Positions 10,282 through 19,256 of a DNA stretch of 64,000 bases are shown here, in pieces (within the stretch, counting starts at the first letter, position 1; each line of letters begins with the position of its first letter). The stretch comes from Candidatus Thalassarchaeaceae archaeon (lineage in GTDB: Archaea > Thermoplasmatota > Poseidoniia > Poseidoniales > Thalassarchaeaceae), in NCBI GenBank assembly GCA_029250605.1, contig JAQXEZ010000002.1, forward strand, positions 22,775 to 86,774, in the 5' to 3' direction. The translations under genes were made by a program, and so were the position numbers. Under the pieces are notes generated by a model, which was not told the origin of the DNA, did not search any database, and saw only the letters and a list, made by a program, of their open reading frames with translations.

Positions 10282-11042
10282 ATAGGACAAGAGTCCATTG
10301 GCTTGAGGGAGACAGCCTCCCTATGCACGCCATGGTGCTAGAAGCAGTTCCTGGAGTGGGCAACGTGGGAAAAATTATGGTTGACGGACTAATCGATAAG
10401 CACCCCTCAAGAACCATCGGATGGATTCTGCACCCGGACTTCCCTCCTCATGCGACGCTATCTGATGAGGGTTTGATTGGACCACCTAGATTGGATATTA
10501 TTGTGGTTATTCTCCCTAATGGCGAGAACGTTTGTATCATCACGGGAATCATGCAGCCCATGACTGCTCCCGGGCAGTTCGAGATCGCAGAGGCGATTCT
10601 TGGATTGGCAAGTGATTCTGAGGCGAGTCGTGTCCTTGTCCTGGCAGGATTGGCTGCGGAACCAGAATGCCGATCGATTTACGCAGTCTGCTCTGACAAA
10701 GTTTTCCGGAAGAACCTCGAGAAGGAGGACATTGTCGTAAGTAGGGACCAGCCAAAGGGCGGAATGATCGGAGTTGCCGGGATGGTACTATCGTTGTCCA
10801 CAACACTCGGGGTACCGGCCCTCGGAGTCATAGCTGAGACGGTCGGGGCCAGTTCCGATGTCCTCGCAGCGGACAGGATGGCCAATTGGATAGAGCAGGC
10901 CTTCGAGGTCCCACTGGATCTCGATCTTGACACGACTAAGGAGACTGCTGCCAAGCTGATGGAGAAGATTGGGGGCGATGGTTCTATTGAGGACTACCTT
11001 GCAATGGAGGAAACTGAGGCTTCATCTGACTTCTACGTCTGA
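10278..11042 (+). CDS. PAC2-family proteasome assembly chaperone
   Basis: PGVGNVGK, FPPH, G(M)IGVAG; canonical position after nop10. Confidence 0.85.
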   Translation: MNRTRVHWLEGDSLPMHAMVLEAVPGVGNVGKIMVDGLIDKHPSRTIGWILHPDFPPHATLSDEGLIGPPRLDIIVVILPNGENVCIITGIMQPMTAPGQFEIAEAILGLASDSEASRVLVLAGLAAEPECRSIYAVCSDKVFRKNLEKEDIVVSRDQPKGGMIGVAGMVLSLSTTLGVPALGVIAETVGASSDVLAADRMANWIEQAFEVPLDLDLDTTKETAAKLMEKIGGDGSIEDYLAMEETEASSDFYV

Positions 11043-11047
11043 TCTAC

Positions 11048-12310
11048 TTACCTTCTTCGCCTTCTCTTGCTGTTCCCTCGCCCTCCGGATGAGGATTCCT
11101 CGACGGAAATTCGCCTGCCCTTGAATTCCGACTTGTTCATCGCCTTGATAGCGTCCTTGGCTTCCTTCTTGTCAGCGAATGTGATGAATGCGAATCCCCT
11201 CGGCTTCTTGGTTTCCTTATCCATTGCCATATGGACGTCGTTCAGTTTTCCATGTACGGAGAAGGCCTCCCTTAGATCGTCTTCCGTGGCATCGTAAGAC
11301 ACGCCGCCGATGAACAGTTTTACTCCAAACTCCTTCTGTGCCTTGCCTCTGGCTTTCTTCATGACCTCCCTTTCCTTAGCGAGATCGTCCTTGCTAGCCT
11401 TTCCAGACTCCACTCTGTCCATGCAGTCGCGGCATCTGAGGGGTTTTCCAGGAGTTGGTTTGAATGGGACCTTCGTCTGTGTTCCACAAAGGGTGCACTT
11501 TGCAGGGTGCATCTCCCTCTGTGGCCGCCCACCACCCCTGCCTCCTCTGGAAGATGGTGATCTCTTGGCTGATTCTGGAATCTCGTGAGACCATCCCCTC
11601 CTATGATCGGCTACTGGGGACAAGTATGGCCTTGCTCCGTCATGGCCCAACATGGACTCTGCTTCGCTGGACCAGCGCTCACCGGGGCGGTTTAACTTCT
11701 GGATATCTGAACCAGAGGGGATTTCGAAACCGTGTCCGAAGCCATTCGAGAGGGCCCTGAAGCCCCTGTAGTCGCAGCGAGGGCACTCGACGTTGAAGTC
11801 GGGGGTGATTTCACTTGGAAGCAAATCCTCCCCACAAGGCGGGCAAGCTGCGTAAAGAACACCCAATTTGGAATCCCCCTTTGTCGTGGCCTTCAGCATC
11901 GGCTCGACATTGATGATCTTGGCGCGAACGATGTCGCGCTTCCTCATCGTATCGCCCGCCGATGGGATGAAACGGTCCACTATTTCGGAGACGAAGACGT
12001 CTGCGAATAGCTTCAGAGCCGGGACGGCTCTGTGCCCGCCCTCGTTGGTCTCAATGTGTAAAACGCGGAGTTCTGCGGTCTTCTCGTTGAGGCGGTTCAC
12101 CTCTCCAATAATGACATCACCAATCTTTGGAGAATTTATCGGAGGTGCTGATGAATCTACAGAAATAACTCCAGAGTTGCTCACGATGTTACCAGAGAGT
12201 ACAGCCACGGGACCCCTATCAGTCATATGGAGGCCATGGCCCAATTCTTCTCCTGGACCAACCTCAACAGAAAATCCAGGGGTTACTTGGTCACCGACCG
12301 ATGCTGTCAT
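11048..12310 (-). CDS. csl4: Exosome RNA-binding subunit Csl4 fused to a CxxC-x17-CxxC zinc finger and an RRM domain
   Basis: VTPG N-domain, S1 (PKIGDVIIGEV, DIVRAKI), LGVLYAACPPCG...CPRC ribbon; then CTLC-x17-CRDC and RNP2 LFIGGV / RNP1 RGFAFITF. Confidence 0.85.
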   Translation of the reverse strand: MTASVGDQVTPGFSVEVGPGEELGHGLHMTDRGPVAVLSGNIVSNSGVISVDSSAPPINSPKIGDVIIGEVNRLNEKTAELRVLHIETNEGGHRAVPALKLFADVFVSEIVDRFIPSAGDTMRKRDIVRAKIINVEPMLKATTKGDSKLGVLYAACPPCGEDLLPSEITPDFNVECPRCDYRGFRALSNGFGHGFEIPSGSDIQKLNRPGERWSSEAESMLGHDGARPYLSPVADHRRGWSHEIPESAKRSPSSRGGRGGGRPQREMHPAKCTLCGTQTKVPFKPTPGKPLRCRDCMDRVESGKASKDDLAKEREVMKKARGKAQKEFGVKLFIGGVSYDATEDDLREAFSVHGKLNDVHMAMDKETKKPRGFAFITFADKKEAKDAIKAMNKSEFKGRRISVEESSSGGRGNSKRRRRR

Positions 12311-12363
12311 CGGCTCGCCGAACCGAAGACCCCCTATGAACGGTACGGCAAATATTGGTTACA

Positions 12364-12978
12364 CTATTGTGGAGTTAATCGCCAGAAAGCTGCTCTAGTC
12401 TTACCTCTCTGTCTGCTGTGGTGAGAGTATGCCGCGGGAAGGGAGAAATCAGCCTCTCCATACCTCTCTACGAACCATCCGTGCTCCTCGAACAGTGGCT
12501 CTATGTGGCTCGCCTCGGCACTGTGCATCAAATGCGAGGATGCTCTAGTAGATAGGATGGCATCTAGAAAGGGGCGATCGGCCTTTGGAGACTGCCTACC
12601 CCAAGGTGGGTTGCTGATTACGACGTCAGGCGAATCTAGTTCGATAGAGTCTGTACCGATAGTAGCTTGGATTACTTCGACGGAGTCGGAAAATCCCATC
12701 TTTTCAGCATTGGACTGTGCTGTATAGCAGGCATTTTGGTCGGTATCAATCAGAACTGTTCTTCCAGCACCCAGAGCCATGGCGCCCAATCCTAGTACCC
12801 CATTTCCTGCCCCTAGGTCGACAACTGTACACCCCTCATGTAAATCGCCAAAGGTGGAAATATCAGTGAGCCAACGAGCGGCCAAGTCGCCATCAGTGGA
12901 GTATTGCTCGAGTTCGACTGATTGGGATTGGGTTTGCTCGAGTCCAGAAAGTAACATCGCCAGTCTTCTGACTCGCAT
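12364..12978 (-). CDS. METTL5-family SAM-dependent methyltransferase
   Basis: LEQYST, DLGAGNG, NPPWG, HH motif; usual neighbour of csl4. Start chosen at ATG 12978. Confidence 0.85.
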   Translation of the reverse strand: MRVRRLAMLLSGLEQTQSQSVELEQYSTDGDLAARWLTDISTFGDLHEGCTVVDLGAGNGVLGLGAMALGAGRTVLIDTDQNACYTAQSNAEKMGFSDSVEVIQATIGTDSIELDSPDVVISNPPWGRQSPKADRPFLDAILSTRASSHLMHSAEASHIEPLFEEHGWFVERYGEADFSLPAAYSHHSRQRGKTRAAFWRLTPQ

Positions 12979-13082
12979 GCTTACCGAAAGTCCACCTCGC
13001 CTAAGAACCAATTCAGAGTGTCGATTTCACAAAATTCTATGCAGAGTTCAAGTACTCTCGACTCCGATACTATGTCGAGCCG

Positions 13083-14126
13083 ATGTCCGATATGCTGTCC
13101 TATGGTCTTCTAGCCATCGTTATTGGACTTGCAATACTATTGATCTATGCACTTTCTCTACTAAAATCGATACAGCAGGAGTCCAATCTAATTCGAGAAC
13201 AGTCAGTAATGCAAAAGGATGCCATGGGGAGATTGGAAAACAAAGAAATCGACCCAAACGCAATTACTGCAGGGATTGCTGGTAGTGGAGATATACTGAA
13301 GGGTGCAGTTTTGAATTCACTAAGAGAGATAAATTTCTCTAGAGACATAGAAGGAATTCGTGCCTCTGCAAAACGAATAGGCGAAGAAGTTGCTGACATC
13401 AACAAGATTTTTCTCGATAAGCAGGAGGCTGGTGGTTGGGCAGAAATAGAGCTTGAGGCAAGATTGAAGGATACTTTCAGGAATGTTCAGATTCGAAAAA
13501 AGGTTGCTAAGTTGGACGGTGTAGAGCCCGATGCTCATTTGGTATTGACTGGGGGAAAGATTCTCTGTATTGATTCCAAGTTCCCTGTAAAATCATTCAA
13601 GGCCACCATCCCAATTTCAGAAGGGGGCCTGGGGGAAGAAGATGGTCGGAAGCGAGTCGGATCACGTAAGGAGTTCATTGAAGCAATCACGAAGCATTTT
13701 GCCAAAGTTGAGAAAGCTTATGTCCGACCAGATTTGGGCTCAACTGAGGTCGCATACCTGTATGTTGCATCTGAGAGGATCTACCACCACATGGTGAACC
13801 CTGACAATCCAGAAGAATGTGAAATTGTTCGAGATGCAGCAAACAAAGGTGTTATTCTATGCTCGCCTTCGACTCTAATCGCAAATATGCACCTCGTGAG
13901 GGTTGCAGAGCGTGCCATGGGAATTGCTGGAGAAAGCGACAAGATTCTAAGAGGGCATGATAATCTACGTCGTTCAATTGCAGAACTAGTTAATGCTTGG
14001 AATATAATGAGTGGGCATGTTAATAATACCCAAACAAACCGCTTAAAAGTCCAAAACTTCCTGGATGAAGTCGAGCGTTCAATGGAGAATTTGGATCGTC
14101 TTGACTTAGGTGGAGATGAAGACTGA
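13083..14126 (+). CDS. rmuC: RmuC-family DNA recombination protein
   Basis: N-terminal TM, coiled coil, GGWAEIEL, PDAHLVL...IDSKFP nuclease-like motif, SPSTL. Confidence 0.8.
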   Translation: MSDMLSYGLLAIVIGLAILLIYALSLLKSIQQESNLIREQSVMQKDAMGRLENKEIDPNAITAGIAGSGDILKGAVLNSLREINFSRDIEGIRASAKRIGEEVADINKIFLDKQEAGGWAEIELEARLKDTFRNVQIRKKVAKLDGVEPDAHLVLTGGKILCIDSKFPVKSFKATIPISEGGLGEEDGRKRVGSRKEFIEAITKHFAKVEKAYVRPDLGSTEVAYLYVASERIYHHMVNPDNPEECEIVRDAANKGVILCSPSTLIANMHLVRVAERAMGIAGESDKILRGHDNLRRSIAELVNAWNIMSGHVNNTQTNRLKVQNFLDEVERSMENLDRLDLGGDED

Positions 14127-14726
14127 GTGCCTACTCGGCAATCCATGATCGATTGGGACTCAAACGAGTTTCTCCCAGTCGTCGATATGCCGGAGGAATA
14201 CACGGTCCTAGACCTCAGTCGGGGAGTCTGGAGTCAGCCTGATACTCCTTTCAGCGTCGGCAAGTACGACGAGTTTAGGCCCAACCTGTACAATACTGAT
14301 CTCTTTGGGGGAGAGAGGAACGTGCACATTGGGATTGACATCGGAGGGCCAGTTGGAACTCCGTGCATGGCATTCATGGACGGGGTTATTTCGCAGTTCG
14401 GTTACAACCCAGAACCCGGAGATTATGGTAACGTCATCATAACCAAGCACGAGATTAGCGGTATTCCAGTATGGGCCTTGTACGGGCACCTAAATGCGGC
14501 ATCGATAGAAGGGAAGAGCGTTGGAAATAGGGTCGATGCGGGAGAAGTGATTGCATGGTTCGGGGCATTCGAAGAGAATGGCGGGTGGGAGCCTCATCTG
14601 CACTTCCAACTATCTCTGATTGAGCCGGAGACTCATGACATGCCAGGAGTTGTGGCACCAGAGGATAGGGGTCAGGCCCTCAAGGACTATCCCGACCCAA
14701 GGCTTGTATTGGGACCAATCTACTAA
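14127..14726 (+). CDS. Peptidase M23 family metallopeptidase (start possibly ATG 14145)
   Basis: HIGID (HxxxD), YGN, LYGHL, PHLHFQ (HxH). Confidence 0.85.
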   Translation: MPTRQSMIDWDSNEFLPVVDMPEEYTVLDLSRGVWSQPDTPFSVGKYDEFRPNLYNTDLFGGERNVHIGIDIGGPVGTPCMAFMDGVISQFGYNPEPGDYGNVIITKHEISGIPVWALYGHLNAASIEGKSVGNRVDAGEVIAWFGAFEENGGWEPHLHFQLSLIEPETHDMPGVVAPEDRGQALKDYPDPRLVLGPIY

Positions 14727-15763
14727 ATTGATGTTAGATGCGCCTTCAATGACTCTATCGCAGGCATTGCAGACGGGTCCTCACCAGTGAGAACTGCTAG
14801 ACCTATTGACACCCAATCTGTAACGTGAGCAGCATATAGCAGCCTCTCCAGCAAGCTTTCCCCTTCGCACTCAATGACCCACGAGGGCGAGGATTCAATC
14901 TCTTCGAGCAGCCACTCCATTCTTGCACTTGTCCTCGGATGCAAATCTTCGCATGAGAATAGCAATAATGCACGATTTGACGCGGACTTTCCGGTCCATG
15001 CCACAATCTCGTTGTGATTCATCTCAGGAACTTCTGTGGCACCTGCGAACATCGCCGAATTCTCATTCAACTGGCAGGAGAAACGGTATGCTGCGGGTCC
15101 TAGGCAAGTTGGGGCGACGATCCCAATTTCACTCCCAACTATGGATCGTGACAGTGTAGCGGCCATCCCAGAGTTGGAGGACAAGTCCGAATCTGCGGAT
15201 ACTTGAGAGAGTCTGCCAAGAATATCGGATATCTCTTCTGGGCTTGGCCTTTGGAGAATCCCGAGTTCCCAGCACGCCGACAATTGGGTGCCGAAGATGT
15301 GCCCAAATGCCGAACGGGGCATTTGTCCGGGAGGGACATTTAGACACACTGAATCGTCGGAATCCGAGAGAATATCCTCTAATTCACCACCAGAGCATAT
15401 TCCGACAACGGTCCCGCCTGCTGATATTACCTCTCTGACGCCATCCAGCGTCTCCTCCGTGTTACCGGAATAAGAGGTCGCCATAACAAGCCACTCTGGA
15501 CCCCACCAACTAGGCACGCCATAGTCAGTCCAGACTACGAATGGCAGCCCTCCAGAATCATCTGAGAGGGCCTTCAAGAAAAGCCCGCCTGCCCCTGAAC
15601 CCCCCATTCCCAGGCAGAGGACTCCGTTCCAGTCGGAGTCTTCTACCATACCTAGGCCAGTGGACATCGAGGCCTGGAGATCATCTACGAACTTCCTAGT
15701 GAATCCTGCCATGTCCCGAGGGTCTAGTTCGGAAAGCAATTCTTCGAAATCGGGCTCGCTCAT
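14723..15763 (-). CDS. Bifunctional phosphoglucose/phosphomannose isomerase (SIS)
   Basis: GMGGSG, SYSGNTEET, PRSA, QLNENS, PEMNHNE; ATG 15763 overlaps the NMD3 stop. Confidence 0.9.
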   Translation of the reverse strand: MSEPDFEELLSELDPRDMAGFTRKFVDDLQASMSTGLGMVEDSDWNGVLCLGMGGSGAGGLFLKALSDDSGGLPFVVWTDYGVPSWWGPEWLVMATSYSGNTEETLDGVREVISAGGTVVGICSGGELEDILSDSDDSVCLNVPPGQMPRSAFGHIFGTQLSACWELGILQRPSPEEISDILGRLSQVSADSDLSSNSGMAATLSRSIVGSEIGIVAPTCLGPAAYRFSCQLNENSAMFAGATEVPEMNHNEIVAWTGKSASNRALLLFSCEDLHPRTSARMEWLLEEIESSPSWVIECEGESLLERLLYAAHVTDWVSIGLAVLTGEDPSAMPAIESLKAHLTSI

Positions 15764-16818
15764 TTCCCCCCTCCTTTGCCGGAGACTGGCAGTGCCACCC
15801 ATCTCCCATCTATGAAGCCGATGCGCAATTCAACCGCCTCACCGTCATCGTCGTATGGGAGTCCAACGGTTGAAACCTTGTAGTCAGAAGGATCCATGAA
15901 TTCAGCAGCAGAACTGTCGCGATTGAGGACCTGGACGGTGCTCTGTTCGGCAAGCGCGCACACAACACTGGAAGACTCCATGTCTCTCCACGTCGCCCCG
16001 GACCTCTCAAATCGATCCACCTTCCTTAGAATTGGACCGTCCTTCTGCCAACTATCAACTATCCAAAGTGATTTCTTGAATCTGACCACGTCCCCGATAG
16101 AGTAAGCGGGCTTCCTGTAGCTGAGAGTTAGCCTCGTAACCTCGACCCCCTCATTGACCCCTACAACTGTTGAGCTCTCCTTGACGGATCCGCCGAACGA
16201 TCTGGTTAGTTTCCTCCCCCATGTTCTTGCAAGGCTCTTGGAGCCCAATTGGAGATCCCATCCACCTGTAACTGGACCTTCCTTTGAGACGAAGAACATG
16301 GGATTTGGCTCCATCGACTGGAGTAACTCGTCCAAGGTCGATCTGAGACTGGTTAGTTCTTCTTCGTTGAGTTTTCTCCCTGCTGACCTTAGTTGGACTG
16401 TTGCCTCGAAGTAGTCTCCATCCTTCCTCGTACAAGGAGTGCAGACCGCGTTGCTAGTCTGTAGCAGGGGCGAATGGGTGTCATGGAATTCGTAACCATC
16501 AATGGTTCCGGAGATCTCGACATACAACCTGTTTGTTCTCTGGTCTATTTCCTGGACTGAGAAGTCCACTGCAACCTTCTTGGCCCTCTCCTCAAGTACT
16601 AGGTTCTCCCTGATCCTAAGATCTGCTATTCCGTCTCTGTCCATAATGGACCAACCGCCCCTTATTTCGAATGACTCGCACTTTGCGCAGCGCCTCTGCT
16701 GAATTGTTTCTGGCATCTTCGAGAGGGTCGTCCTCTTCCTGAGGCAGGACTCGCATAGCCTGTCTGTGGATAATGGGGGATCCGCGCCGCAAGTGATGCA
16801 AAAGGCCCCTCCAGACAT
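15760..16818 (-). CDS. nmd3: NMD3-family ribosome biogenesis protein
   Basis: FCITCG, LCESC, CAKC, CTPC and YFEATVQLR; start at ATG 16818. Confidence 0.9.
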   Translation of the reverse strand: MSGGAFCITCGADPPLSTDRLCESCLRKRTTLSKMPETIQQRRCAKCESFEIRGGWSIMDRDGIADLRIRENLVLEERAKKVAVDFSVQEIDQRTNRLYVEISGTIDGYEFHDTHSPLLQTSNAVCTPCTRKDGDYFEATVQLRSAGRKLNEEELTSLRSTLDELLQSMEPNPMFFVSKEGPVTGGWDLQLGSKSLARTWGRKLTRSFGGSVKESSTVVGVNEGVEVTRLTLSYRKPAYSIGDVVRFKKSLWIVDSWQKDGPILRKVDRFERSGATWRDMESSSVVCALAEQSTVQVLNRDSSAAEFMDPSDYKVSTVGLPYDDDGEAVELRIGFIDGRWVALPVSGKGGGK

Positions 16819-16877
16819 ACGATTACCAGTGCTCCGCCCAGTCCGCCCCGTTAGAAGGCTTCCGAGAGCATCTGGAG

Positions 16878-17018
16878 TCATTCCCCTTCATCTTGGACTG
16901 TTTTCGCTGAGATCTGACTCTTGAGGTGGAAGAGCATTGAAATCCTGCTGAAGGAATAGTACCCGAGAATGGCAGACAACAGTGCATAGGTTACTAGGGC
17001 GGCGATTTCTCCAGTCAA
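16878..17018 (-). CDS. Putative CcmD-like small membrane protein (46 aa; not in the ORF track)
   Basis: TTG start overlaps the ccmC TGA, GGAGGGGG RBS; MTGEIAALVTYALLSAILGYYSFSRISMLFHLKSQISAKTVQDEGE (single N-terminal TM, polar tail). Confidence 0.6.
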   Translation of the reverse strand: MTGEIAALVTYALLSAILGYYSFSRISMLFHLKSQISAKTVQDEGE

Positions 17019-17728
17019 TTCGCCCCCTCCTTGTCAATCTCCCTGTTCAATGACTCCAACACGGCCCTTAGGTTGTAGATCGAGTAGTTTAGCAAGACCA
17101 AGCCAATGAACAGGACCATGAATGAAATTGCACCGAAGCCCATGACCTGGAGGATCTCCGGATCGACCCCGGTCTCCTCTGACTCCCTAAGAATGACGCC
17201 TGGGTGCCGATTCCTCCAGATTGTTGTTGCAGCAGCGGTAATTGGAACAAGTATGAATCCGAACAAACCAACGGCTGCTAGTGTGTCCCTTGTTTCTTCC
17301 CCATCAGGCTGACTCCTTAGCGACATCACAAGGAACAATGCCACAGAAGTCAGAAGGGCGAATGTGTTCAACCTAACATCCCCCCAATCCCATGGAACGC
17401 CCCATTCAACGGAACCCCAAATAGGACCTGAAATCACCACTCCTAAACCAAAGAGAAGCCCTAGTTCAGAGCCTATTACAACCATGCTCCAGCCTCCCTC
17501 TGAGCGCTTAACATACCATGAAACGGCACCAAGGAATAGTAGGCAGAAGGACAAGAATGAGGACCATGCGAATGGAACATGCCAGTAGAGTATACGATAT
17601 GCCCCAGGTGCATTCCAAGAGTCAGGGTCGACCAAGGGGGCTTGGAAGAAACCGAGGAAGGCCGTGATTGCAGCGCATAACAGCCCCACTAAGGTAATGA
17701 TGACTGCTGAGTCTCTGAAATCACTCAC
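17015..17728 (-). CDS. ccmC: Heme exporter / cytochrome c biogenesis protein CcmC
   Basis: ILYWHVP, WWD motif GPIWGSVEWGVPWDWGDVRL, C-terminal HP. Start uncertain (GTG 17728 chosen). Confidence 0.85.
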   Translation of the reverse strand: MSDFRDSAVIITLVGLLCAAITAFLGFFQAPLVDPDSWNAPGAYRILYWHVPFAWSSFLSFCLLFLGAVSWYVKRSEGGWSMVVIGSELGLLFGLGVVISGPIWGSVEWGVPWDWGDVRLNTFALLTSVALFLVMSLRSQPDGEETRDTLAAVGLFGFILVPITAAATTIWRNRHPGVILRESEETGVDPEILQVMGFGAISFMVLFIGLVLLNYSIYNLRAVLESLNREIDKEGAN

Positions 17729-17766
17729 AGGACTGCGAAAAACAACATAGTGATGAATGCTGTTGG

Positions 17767-19176
17767 TCAGTAATCTGGAATCAACACTGCTGAGAGCCAC
17801 ACTAGGGCGGATAGGAGACTAGCAACGATACAAGTAATCAATGGATCGTGTATGGAGAGGCCCCACGTCATCCCATTATCAATGATAGAAGAAAGGGCAT
17901 CTGTCAACTCCAGGAAGGGCCAGACCATTACTACCAGCAGGAGCGGAGCAGGGGCAGCTGAAGACCTAGAAAGATCGGAAACCAATAGATGTAGGGCAGT
18001 GGATGCAATCGCCAAGTCCATCATGGCCAAGGCGGGCATCCACAACCACGTCAGCACCTCGGAGGAGACTTGGTCGTCAACGGAACCGGAAAGAACGAGC
18101 CAAGAAAGGTATGTTACTGGGATGGGCAGTAGAATCGATGCTCCGGAAATTGAGAATGCAGGTCGTGCCATCGGCCCCGATACAGCATCCCACCAGCGAC
18201 CGCAATCAGACTCAGAAAGTCTGGATACCAGTGCTGGTGATGAGATAGATGCGATAAAAGCCGGAGCGAGTACCAAAGCGGCTAGAAGTCGGCTATCATG
18301 CGACTGGAGGTCGTAATCCATCATCAAGGCGTAGGAGAGAAGAATGGCAACGATTGCCGGAGTTGCCCTCCCGACCGTTTCTATAGGATTCCGGAGCTCC
18401 ATTCTAATCGACCAACGAATTAGAGACGAGATCGCGCGTTGCTCGCTTGATTGGATTGGTTCGGGCAAATGAGAGGGTTCTCCTGATGATTCCCCCGCAG
18501 ATTCACTCAGAATCCTGTCTTCGATTGTTAGTATTCTATCTGCACATGACGAGAGGTCTTTGTCATGAGTCGCCACCAATATCCCATGGTTCCGGGAAGA
18601 TAGGGCCCTAATCCATCCCTTCAGTGTCTCCTTTGCGGAGTCGTCTAGACCTTCGGATGGTTCGTCTAGAAGGACTACTCTGGGAGTCTCGCTGAGTACT
18701 GCAGGGGCCAAACCGCACAATATGGATAGGCGACGCCTGAGCCCTCCGGAAAGGTTTGCGACGCGTTCTTCGGACCTATGGCGGAGACCCCAATGCCCCA
18801 ATAGATCCGCTATTTGCTCTTCATGAGAGTGAATTCCTGCGACAGAAAGGGATACTGCCAGCCGCTCTGAAACGGTCTCTTCTCCTGAGATTCCGCCCTT
18901 CTGAAGAGTCAGCCCCATAGGGGGAGGAGGGTTTCTGCGACCATCTGAGTCTCTAACCAATATCGATTCCCCCCTCTCGTGCCAGATTACTTCACCGGAC
19001 CTCAATGGCAAGATTCCAGCGAACGCCTCGATCAGGGTTGTCTTTCCGGACCCATTGTCCCCCATCACTGAAACTACTTCTCCGGCTCCTAGGTTGACAG
19101 ATGCCCCCTCCAGAACCTTGGATGGGCCTCTGTGTACTTCTATCCCCTTTACTTGGGCTAATGGGGATATGGGCAT
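17767..19176 (-). CDS. ABC ATPase fused to a multi-TM permease (CcmA-CcmB fusion)
   Basis: GDNGSGKT, LSGG, LLDEP, ATHD, then about 6 TM helices with CcmB-like ...LLLVVMVWPF; directly upstream of ccmC. Confidence 0.7.
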   Translation of the reverse strand: MPISPLAQVKGIEVHRGPSKVLEGASVNLGAGEVVSVMGDNGSGKTTLIEAFAGILPLRSGEVIWHERGESILVRDSDGRRNPPPPMGLTLQKGGISGEETVSERLAVSLSVAGIHSHEEQIADLLGHWGLRHRSEERVANLSGGLRRRLSILCGLAPAVLSETPRVVLLDEPSEGLDDSAKETLKGWIRALSSRNHGILVATHDKDLSSCADRILTIEDRILSESAGESSGEPSHLPEPIQSSEQRAISSLIRWSIRMELRNPIETVGRATPAIVAILLSYALMMDYDLQSHDSRLLAALVLAPAFIASISSPALVSRLSESDCGRWWDAVSGPMARPAFSISGASILLPIPVTYLSWLVLSGSVDDQVSSEVLTWLWMPALAMMDLAIASTALHLLVSDLSRSSAAPAPLLLVVMVWPFLELTDALSSIIDNGMTWGLSIHDPLITCIVASLLSALVWLSAVLIPDY

Positions 19177-19256
19177 ATTGGGTCGGTAGAGGACTGTCAT
19201 ATTGAGTGTTCCATAACTACGAATCCCTCTTTAGAGCAATCATCTGGGGGCAAACA

